Assembly (NCBI RefSeq): GCF_000143415.4
Contig: NW_003314489.1
Location: forward strand, 1-32,947
DNA: 32,947 bases
Direction of reading: 5' to 3'
Source of the DNA: Selaginella moellendorffii
Taxonomy: Eukaryota; Plantae; Lycopodiophyta
Made by a program: the position numbers and the translations under genes. This document shows positions 11,301 to 20,335 of the stretch, one piece after another. The first letter of the stretch is position 1, and every line of letters starts with the position of its first letter. The notes under the pieces are model-generated. The model was not told the origin of the DNA, did not search any database, and was given only the letters and a program-made list of their open reading frames with translations.

Positions 11301-13085
11301 CACGGACAATGTGGCAACGAAACACTTCTTGTCACAGCCTGACCTAAGGGGAAAACAAGGTCGGTGGGCCAATGCTTTGGCCGAGTTTGATTGCGAGATC
11401 CTGTACAAGCCTGGGAAGAGCAACATCGTGGCAGATGCGCTAAGTCGAAAAGCGAGCTTGAAGTTGGCGATATCTAGCGCGACAGCAACCTTTTGGGACG
11501 ATGTGCGGACCGCATACGAGAGTGATGGTCTAGCACAAGAAGTGTTGCTGAGGAATCTGGAGGCGCGGGAAGCTCACCAGAGAGGTGAGCTGCCAACGGA
11601 AGAGAAAACGGGCTATGCGGAACGCAACGGACTCATATATTACAAGCAAACGAGGGTGTATGTTCCAGAAGGGGAACTAAGGAAGGTAGCCTTGGAAGAG
11701 TGTCATGACGGACCTCTCGCGGGACACGGCGGAGTGCCCAAGACGATGGGCTTACTCAAAAGGAAGTATCACTGGCCAGATATGGCTAAGGACGTCCAAG
11801 ACTATGTAAAGACATGTCCAACATGTCAGCAGGTCAAAACCGTGACGAAGGCTAGTGGGGGCTTGTTGCAAAGCATCCCCATTCCAGATCGTCCATGGAA
11901 ATGTCTCACGATGGACTTCATCACGGGACTACCCCCAAGCGAGGGGTTCGATGCGATATTCGTGGTGGTGGACCGATTTTCAAAGATGGCACATTTCATA
12001 CCCACCACAACGGATGTGGATGCGGAAAGTGTGGCAAAGCTGTTCTTCGAACAAGTGGTTCGAGTGCGGGGAAGGCCGGAAGAGATTATCTCAGATCGAG
12101 ATAAGATCTTCACCAGTAGGTTCTGGAGGACACTCCTAGAACAGTATCGCACCAAGTTGAAATTCAGCACGGCCTATCACCCACAGGTAATGGGTATTGA
12201 GTCAAGATTGATGGCACTAACACTTCTTGACAGACGGACAAACGGAAAGGGTGAATAGGCAGCTGGAGGATTATTTGCGATGCTATGTCTCGGGAGACCA
12301 GACCGACTGGGTAAGTCATTTGGGACTTGCGGAAATGTGTTATAACAACTCACCACATTCGAGCATCGGGGTGAGTCCATGGGAAGTCATCAATGGGCGA
12401 GCTATTGAAGGTCCTGTGGAACTCGGCGTGGCCGAGTATCATGGAGAGTTACCCGCAGTGGAGGCATTCACGGCGGAAAGACTCAACATTTGGAATCTAG
12501 TGAGGGATTCCTTGGAACGGGCTCAACAAAGGCAAACTAAGTACGCGAACCAAAAGCGTCGAGATGTGGAGTTCCAAGCTGGGGAGAAGGTGTGGCTGAA
12601 CACCAAGAACCTCAGGCTACCAAGTGGGATCAGCCGGAAGTTGACCCAAAGGTAAGAATGCATGTGTTCCTGTAAATGAATTGATCTTGAGTTCCTTAAG
12701 CAGGTTCGCGGGGCCTTACGAGATTGAGGCTCGAATCGGTAAAGTGGCTTACTGTCTCCGACTTCCTCGAGAGATGGGGAAGATGCATCCCGTGTTCCAC
12801 GTGAACTTACTCAAGCCGTATTTTGAGGATCCGCTTCGCAAGGACCAAGTAAGACCTTTACCTGAGGTTATCCAAGGGGAGGAGGAATACGAAGTCGAGG
12901 CCATCCTCAATGCGCGCAAGAGCAAGCGACATGGACGCGAGGTGAGAGAGTTCCATGTGAAGTGGAAAGGATTTCCACACTGCGAAGCAACATGGGAACC
13001 GGAGGAGAACCTAGCGAACGCACGAGATCTAGTGGAGGAATTTCTGCATGGCAGAACTCTATGTACTTATGCAAAGTTCAATTAA
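8317..13085 (+). CDS. gag-pol: Gag-Pol polyprotein (capsid, zinc knuckle, protease, RT, RNase H, integrase, chromodomain); one in-frame stop and two intron-like inserts
   Basis: [14 protein letters not shown]; LIDTGAS; YIDDIL; DTDASD; H..GH..CPTC; MDF/SDRD/QTER; FAGPY; YEVEAIL...VKWKGF...TWEPEENL. ORFs 8317-10995 and 11011-12258 share a frame and are separated by TAA at 10993-10995. Confidence 0.95.
12187..12229 (+). other. Intron-like insertion in the integrase catalytic core
   Basis: CAG|GTAATG...CACTAAC...TTCTTG|ACAG. Removing 43 nt restores YHPQTDGQTER and D-X35-E spacing. The nearest AG (12233) is 4 nt off-frame. Confidence 0.7.
12652..12703 (+). other. GT-AG intron (52 nt) in integrase C-terminal region
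   Basis: AG|GTAAGA...TTCCTTAAGCAG|G. Removal restores KLTQR-FAGPY in frame; the unspliced reading stops at 12653-12655. Confidence 0.85.
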
Positions 13086-13132
13086 AAGTATCAATTTGAG
13101 AAGTTGAGCAATGGCATATGTTGGGACCCGAA

Positions 13133-13426
13133 GGCGCGCCGAAGGTAAGCTAATTAGCATGGGTTAGCTAGGTCGACCAGGCGTAGGGAGCTACGCCCGA
13201 CTCCCTGCAGGGATGTCGAATCCGTAGACGTATTCTACGGAGGTTGGGTTCGAGTCCCAACCCCCTAGTAAAGCAAGGCTGGGTTCAAGTCCCGACCCTA
13301 TACTAGGGCGTGGTGAGGTGAGGAGTATAGGGACACCTATATTCCGTTGTCAAGGGCTCTTGGCCGGGGAGGCTAACTTAGGCACACCGCTAAGTGGGGG
13401 GATGCCCCCGGAGACATGGTCAACAA
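13133..13426 (+). ncRNA. Putative cis-acting structured RNA module in 3' UTR of inner element
   Basis: Consecutive hairpins at 13180-13197, 13198-13218, 13221-13241, 13242-13262, 13281-13293, 13322-13345 and 13377-13394; conserved in the outer element. Confidence 0.6.
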
Positions 13427-13471
13427 GTCGTAGGATAAAACGAGACGTTCGATGTGGGCATTGAACTTCTT

Positions 13472-13487
13472 CTATGGGTGGTGGAGT
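13472..13487 (+). other. Polypurine tract of inner element
   Basis: CTATGGGTGGTGGAGT immediately 5' of the 3' LTR. Confidence 0.9.
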
Positions 13488-14634
13488 TGTAAGGAACCAA
13501 CTCGCCGAGGTGTCGTAGGCTAAAGGAACCCCGAAAGCATGACCAAAATGACAAAGAGTTCATCGGATGGGACCAAGTCGAAGATCGAGTCCAAGACCGA
13601 CTCTAGGACCGAGTTCGAGATCGAGTCCGGAATCGAGTCCGAGACCGACTCGGGGACCGAGTTCGAGTCCGAGTTCGAGACCGAGTTTGAGACGGAGTCC
13701 GAGATCCGAAATCGGGTCCGAGACCGAGTCCGAGGTCGAGTCCGAGGTCGGGTCCGAGATCGGGTCCGAGATCGAGTCCGAGATCAAGTCCGAACCCGAA
13801 TCCGAAGTCGGATCCGAAATCGGGTCCGAGATCGAGCCAGAGACTAAGTCCAAATACTAATACGGGTCAAGGGGTGAAAGCCCAAAGCGTGCGTCTCCCA
13901 AGGGGGGGGGGCTGCAGGGGGTTCCAAAAGTATAGTAGGGATAGTGAGGTCCAGGAACCAGTTTAGAAGGGACTCTCCAGTGGGGCTCCCAAACTGACTT
14001 GAGGTTGGGACTGGGACCGAGGGGCCTTGGGTGGGAGTGAGCATGGACTTGGTTGGTGCCGGAGGGGCCATCCAAGGAAGTGCTCAAGAGCAGCTCCCAC
14101 TCCCGAAAGGGAAACCGATTGCGGTGCTCCCGGCTCAAGTGGAGTGGTGCCCCACTTGAGTACCATGCGGCTCATTGGTCCTCGCCCTTCTTAGGGGCTT
14201 GGGCCTTCCTTCGGGATGGAAGTGGGGGGCGAGAGGTACCCATACCGGGCCGCTAGGCCACGGTGTTTTGCCCCGGCGTCTCGAAGCAAGTGTTGCACTC
14301 AAGACTTGGGATTTAGAGGGTCCCATGACCAAGTCTTGTGGTACCAAAGGATGTTAGGAACCTGGAAGCTTGGTGTGCTTGGCTGCTTGTGCTTGCGGGG
14401 AGTGTAGCCGAACCTTAAGTCCAGTCCAACCCGGGGAGGGGGATTGGGAGTGATTTGGGAATCCGTGGATGGTGGCTAACACTCCGTTGCTCGTGCAGTG
14501 AGTAGCTGAGACCAAGTAGGAGCTGGTACCATAGGCGAGAACCTTGGCAAGGGAACTTAGCAAAAGCCAAGGCGGTGTTGGACGGATAGGCGAGGTAAGT
14601 TAGCAAATTGGAAAGGAAAAATTTGTGGCTTACA
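13488..14634 (+). repeat. 3' LTR of inner element (1147 bp)
   Basis: Direct repeat of 7110-8257, followed by TSD CATGC. Confidence 0.97.
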
Positions 14635-17005
14635 CATGCTTGGCCCCATGGCCCACCCTTTTTGAAGTTATCACCTTCAACTAGGGTATTTGTTCCCCTG
14701 ACTTGCCAATCTCACTTTGGCAAGTCCTCCGACCACTGTAACATGGTTTCTGCACAAGCGTGAAAGCCCTTGATCATCGACTTTCGTTCAAAGCCCTCTC
14801 TTTGAACACTCGGGAACTACTTCCCTAACCTTGATAGCCTTGTCTCATGGAAAGCTTCAAGACCACATTTCTGCTGCGCCACTCTGATTTCGCGCGTTCC
14901 TTGAACCATTTACGCTTGGCCTTTCTAGGTACTAAGCTACCTAGAATCCTCTTTGGGAACCTTGAAGGAACTCTGTTCCTTAGCTTGCTAAAGCCTCCCT
15001 TTTTGCAAGCTTTCCAATTACCATATAGTCTAACATGGACAATTCCATATTTTAGACTCTCCATGGCATCACGATTGCTAACGGCAACACCCTCAAGCCC
15101 CCACTTGATTCTCCACTCCCAGCTGGCATAACCAACCTTGGTTATGCCCTTCGATTCCTATGGTTCGGTTCTATCCCCTTACTTCTTGCTTTTGGCTTCA
15201 CACATTTTCTTCGGTCATTCTCCTCCAGACCAGGAGGATAGCTTTGCACTTTCTATCATGCCTTAGCAAGTATTCTTAGGGATGAACCTACCCGATAGCC
15301 TAGGGAGTGTTTCCTCAATCCAGGTATGCTCACCCTATAATCCCACACACCGGGATTACGTTGTTGCTTACGGGCCTTTGCATGCCCATCGCTAGCCTTG
15401 CCAAAATACCATTTTTGGCTTTGTCCAATTCGAGTAGACAGTCTTCTCCTGTCTCTGCCACCTTGGACATTTGGATAGCACCTTCTATCCATCATTCGCT
15501 AGGGACTTAGTCCCTTGGGCTTTATCCATTGCCCTCGCGACATCAAACACCACCTTCTGGTGTTCTAGAGTGTTCGGGTGTCCCAATGATGGCTTTCTTG
15601 ACAATGAGTATTTCCTTTTATGACATTGACTTACTATATCGCAACACAAGCAACTTATCCCCCGTAAGGGTGTATCCGACTTCCCTATGCTATTAAGAAG
15701 TCTTGGGTAGCTACCTTTTACCCGTTCAACCAGTTATTTTGCACCTCTTGCTTAGTTGCTTCATAGTTGTCAAGTCTTACAACTCATTGTTTGGTGCTTT
15801 CACACCTCCATAATTATCTGGGTCACCACACTCCAACTGCATGCTCTGCAGCTTAGGCTATGCCATTCCCATTTCCATTGGGATTCCTTTGGCAAGGGGT
15901 TCTCATGAACCCACCAACATAGCCTCAAGGTATCACACCTTGACACATTTGGTGTCTCCACATCATCAGCTCCACGAGCCTACCTCTATGACACTTCCCC
16001 TTCGTGTTTATGTCTTTGCCAAGACCAACACCGCTCTTTCTCATGCCAACCATCCGTTAGCACTGCACCATAGAGGTCACACACAACTTTGTGTCAAAGT
16101 TGTTTTCTTTTTTTTTTTTTTTTTTTGGGAACACCTTTCCCACGACTTTAGCATGGCACATTTTGCCATCGATGAGATACCCTCTGTTCTCATCCTTGGA
16201 TCCTATGATCCCCCCCCATCCTTCGTGGGGTACGACACACCTCAGTCCAAATGCTTCCATCAGTCCTTTTAGGACCATCCCTTGACTCTACTTGAGTCAT
16301 CCAGCAGTTTTGGATTTGGTTAATCCACAGACCCGTAAGGTCCCACTTGTGAGGCACTAGCTCATTGGAATACACTTCCTGCATTCCTGTTCTACTCAGA
16401 AGGACTATTTTCACAAGTGTTACTCTGACACTTGTTTTTGTTATCTAAGGCAACCTCTGCCCCTTAGGACTACTTGTCCATGTGATGAGAATACCAACTC
16501 ATCTCTAAGTACACCCCCCAACTCCTTGGGTTGTTCTAGCATTTATTAAAAGTAGCCCCGGCTACCATTTCAAGGACTTGAGTCCTCTTCCGTATTTGAC
16601 CTCCCACAGTCATTACCTCTGGTCTCACATTCATGAGCACCAACCTCAACTATATGAGGATAATCTTGTGACTCCTTTATTGTTTTGGAGTCTACATCTT
16701 TCCCGTGATCCCAACTATAGTTGTTTATCACAATTACGTTAGCCCGTTTGCTGCGTCAAACGCTCATTTGGATCACATCCTCAGCTCTCTGAGGAGACCT
16801 TATACTGTTCCCAAGATCCCAAAGTCGTTCCATTATTGGCCCTTTTCTATCCACCACATTGTGCCCAAGTCACGCATGAACTTGAGTGGAGAGCCATGTC
16901 CCCTCGGCATGCTACTCCTTAAGGATAAGCCCACTCCTAGGACCTTCCGAAGCCAATATCAATGGTGATATACTTGAGCACCAATAAAAGTCGGACTAAG
17001 GAACA

Positions 17006-17017
17006 GCTCCGATACCA
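17006..17017 (-). other. Primer binding site (tRNA-iMet type) of outer element
   Basis: Minus strand TGGTATCGGAGC, 3 nt (ATT) after the LTR; same spacer as the inner element. Confidence 0.9.
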
Positions 17018-17020
17018 AAT

Positions 17021-18863
17021 TGTAGGCGACTAATTTTTCCATTCTACTTTAGTCATTTAACCACACCTCCGACCACTTAGAGGAGTCTCAATCACAACCT
17101 CCATAAGTCCAATTCCGGACTTGGGACTTGCTAGCCCTGAGAATGGCCTCCATGCCACTCAACATTTGCACTTGGTCCAAGTGCTCCACATGTCCGACCA
17201 CACGACCGACACTCAAAGGTACCACCGACATAGCAGCCTGTTACACTAAGGCCATGCCCAATCACCTTTGCCACACTGGTAGTCCAATACCACTTGCATC
17301 ACAGTCTTGGCTCTCCAAGACTAGGTAACCCATCCGTGAGTGGTCATCTCAGATCCACTCTTTAGCATCCTTAGGATGCCCACCGACAAGGGGAATAGCC
17401 TTCCCCAATATCCCTCTGTCAGTCCCCACTAAGTCCCTTTTTGCCCCTGGCCGTGTTTGCCGACACTGCCACTGGATTGAGGCCCACAGGCTCGACCACT
17501 AAGTCCCACGGTCCTCTAGGACTTCCTCACCACACGACTGTGTCCTTGGTCACTACCCCAGAGGACTGCTCCTCTTCCTTTCCACAGTCTGGGCCTTTGG
17601 GACAACATTTCGAAACACCGTGGCCTTACGCGAGCCACTTGGGTACTCTCCCCGCCTTTCGCCTTTAGGTGCTCTAGCCATGGGCTTAGAGCGAGGTTCC
17701 GTTGAGCCACAACAGGTATCCAAGTAGGTAGTGCCACCCACACTTGGACTGGGAGCATCGGCCAGTCGATCTCCCGGGGGAACTAGAGCCGGCTCTTGAA
17801 CACTTCACCAAGCTACCCCGCTTGTCGGTCCGTGTTCACTCTAGTCTTGGACTTCCCAGTGGGCAGCTCATCACCCAACACTGGGTCCGGCCTTCCTGGG
17901 CCAAACTGGCCTTTCCTGGCCAAACTGGCTCCACTGCAGTCCTCCCCCTTACTATACTTTTGGAGCTCACCAAACCCCCCAGGGTCTGGGAGACGAACGC
18001 TTTGGGCTTTCACCCTCTCAAACTCGGACTCGGACTCGGACTCGGACTCGGACTCGGACTCGGACTCGGACTCGGACTCGGACTCGGACTCGGACTCGGA
18101 CTCGGACTCGGACTCGGACTCGGACTCGGACTCGGACTCGGACTCGGACTCGGACTCGGACTCGGACTCGGACTCGGACTCGGGCTTGGGCTCGGACTCG
18201 GACTCGGGCTCGGGCTCGGGCTCGGTCTCGGTCTCGGTCCCGGTTCCATCTCGGACTCCATCTTGGACTCCATCTCGGGTCCATCTCGGACTCCATCTCG
18301 GGTCCATCTCGGGTCCATCTCGGACTCCATCTCGGACTCCATATCTGACTCCACTTCGGGTCCATCTCGGACTCCATATCGGACTCCACTTCGGGTCCAT
18401 CTCGGACTCCATATCGGACTCCACTTCGGGTCCATCTCGGACTCCATATCGGACTCCACTTCGGGTCCATCTCGGACTCCATATCGGACTCCATATCAGA
18501 CTCCACTTCGGGTCCATCTCGGACTCCATATCGAACTCCATCTCGGACTCCACTTCGGACTCCATATCGGACTCCACTTTGGGTCCATCTCGGACTCCAA
18601 CTCAGGTCCGCCTCGGACTCTATCTCAGACACTTCCACGTGTCATGTGTTGGTCCTTTTTGGGTCCCTTTTTGGAGCCTTGCTTATTGGTTGCCTTGTGC
18701 TTGCTCCTCGAGCTCTTTGTTGGGAGTTCCACTCCCGCTCTCAACCTTCCAAGTCGGAGCTTTTAGTCCAAACGTGTTATGCTCGTTTGGCTTTCGCTTC
18801 GGCCACTACCACGTGGCACCCTTTCCGGCTCCACTTTGGGGCCTAGGGATTTTGTGTTTCACA
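17021..18863 (-). repeat. 5' LTR of outer element (1843 bp)
   Basis: TGTAGGCGAC...GTTTCACA followed by TSD ATTGC. Confidence 0.95.
18020..18598. repeat. (GGACTC)n microsatellite plus 12-bp-unit minisatellite in LTR
   Basis: 26 perfect GGACTC units at 18026-18181, then 12-bp variants. Confidence 0.95.
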
Positions 18864-19694
18864 ATTGCATCACTGACTCATATGGCCTTTGACAAAAATG
18901 ATGTCATTATTGGAAGGCATCATTATAATCATCAACATGTTTAAATGCACAAAGACATTTAGGAGAATGCTTCAATCCTCACGAGTCGCTACACTCAAAC
19001 CACTATACCACTATAACACTGTCCCTTGAAAACACGTGAGAAACTTACATAATTGTTAAGCATTATCCCAAGAATAATATGTGCTATAAATTGATGAAAC
19101 TAATGGTACATATTTCTAGGACTCTCACATAAGAACTTTGGCCGAACACAAGGATTACCACGAGCATGAGGAGTTGTATCACATGCTATGAATGTTGCTA
19201 TCAATTGAGTTTGATTATTCAATTATAACCACATAGCATTGAGTAATTGCACTAACTGCTGCTCTAAAGTTAAAGAATAAGGCTCTGGCATAAAAATGAA
19301 CACAAAGGAAAAACAACAAAGAAGAAATTGGAAAAGCTATAAAGAAAGGAAGATTTAAATTATATAAAAGTTAGATCTAAACCAAAATTCTAAATTAAAC
19401 ACTTCTCAGGGACAATCAAAACTACACATCACCTCCACCAATGTGAGTGCATAAAATATAAAAATGGAATACAAAAATATATTAACCCAAAAACCCTAGT
19501 TTATATATAGAAATGAATATTGAAACTAATCTAATAGTTATCAAAATCCCACTACTCTAATATTAGTATATGGCATTGTCTTGAACCTCACAAATTTAAT
19601 GCCTCTAATAATTTTTTAAAATGGTTTGAGGGATATTTTATTGTGTTTTTATATAAAATAGTAAAAATCTGTTACACGTTGCATAATAGCAATG

Positions 19695-19940
19695 TTTGGT
19701 TTGCTTAATAGTAATGTTATTCTTACTTATTAATCCAATTGATCAAATAAAAATTTATAATTATCAACATGTTTATAATTTATAAACACACAAGATGAAT
19801 TTTATTGCATATCAACCATTAGATGGTAAAATAAAAACAAATATACTAGAAAGTGCTTAAGAAGATTTATAAATTATAAATAATGAATAACAACTATTAG
19901 ATGGTAGAATATCCATACAGATTTGCTTAAGCAAACCAAA
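19695..19940. mobile_element. AT-rich MITE-like repeat, copy 1
   Basis: 14-bp inverted ends TTTGGTTTGCTTAA / TTAAGCAAACCAAA. The core (TTATTGCATATCAACCATTAGATG...AATATACTAGAAAG) recurs at ~25830-26030. No clear TSD. Confidence 0.55.
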
Positions 19941-20335
19941 AATCAATGGTAAAAATTAAATGCTAAAAAGGTATGGGAATGCTACAATAATGCTCCACAA
20001 AACTTAGCTAGTGATAGTGAGTGTCCAAGTCCATTGAGTTCAAGCCATCCATGCTGAGCTCCATCCCTGTGATCATGTTTAAAGTCCTTTGGGACTCCAC
20101 AGTCCTAAAAATCACATAGAGAGAGGTGCTTTGTCCTCTTCCCTCTCTCCTCTTCTTCCTTCCAATATTTTGCATGATTTCTTAGTCTTTCCTCCTCAAC
20201 TTACCATACTCTCCATCATGTCCTCACCCAAAAACTTTTGTTCACCACTTCGAAAGTTGCCATCCTCAGAGCCACCAGGAAGAGTGCCCCTCAGCCATCG
20301 TCTTGATTAAACGAAATCCATGGGTTTACTCCGAT

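Larger units (their letters stand above)
7110..14634 (+). mobile_element. Ty3/gypsy chromovirus LTR retrotransposon (tRNA-iMet primed), full length, nested
   Basis: LTRs 7110-8257 and 13488-14634 (TGTAAG...CTTACA), TSD CATGC (7105-7109 and 14635-14639), PBS, PPT, domain order gag-PR-RT-RH-IN-chromodomain. Confidence 0.97.
3522..18863 (-). mobile_element. Non-autonomous (LARD-like) Ty3/gypsy LTR retroelement, interrupted by a nested chromovirus
   Basis: Two long direct repeats with TG...CA ends, TSD ATTGC (3517-3521 and 18864-18868), minus-strand PBS and PPT. No intact gag/pol ORF in its own internal sequence. Confidence 0.93.

Noticed and set aside
13050-13100. Additional intron after the chromodomain
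   Set aside because: AT-rich patch, but no credible donor and no conserved frame to restore.
13180-13270. tRNA gene
   Set aside because: A T-arm is present, but no convincing D-arm/A box, anticodon arm geometry or clean acceptor stem.
13300-13400. 5S rRNA (Cassandra-like) or 7SL-derived sequence
   Set aside because: Only short, out-of-order matches (TACTAGG..GGTGA, GCTTGGGC).
16108-16126. Poly(A) tail of a LINE/SINE or retrocopy (minus strand)
   Set aside because: No TSD or recognisable body; simple homopolymer.
14640-17005. Protein-coding genes or env-like ORF in the outer element
   Set aside because: Only short ORFs with no recognisable motifs.
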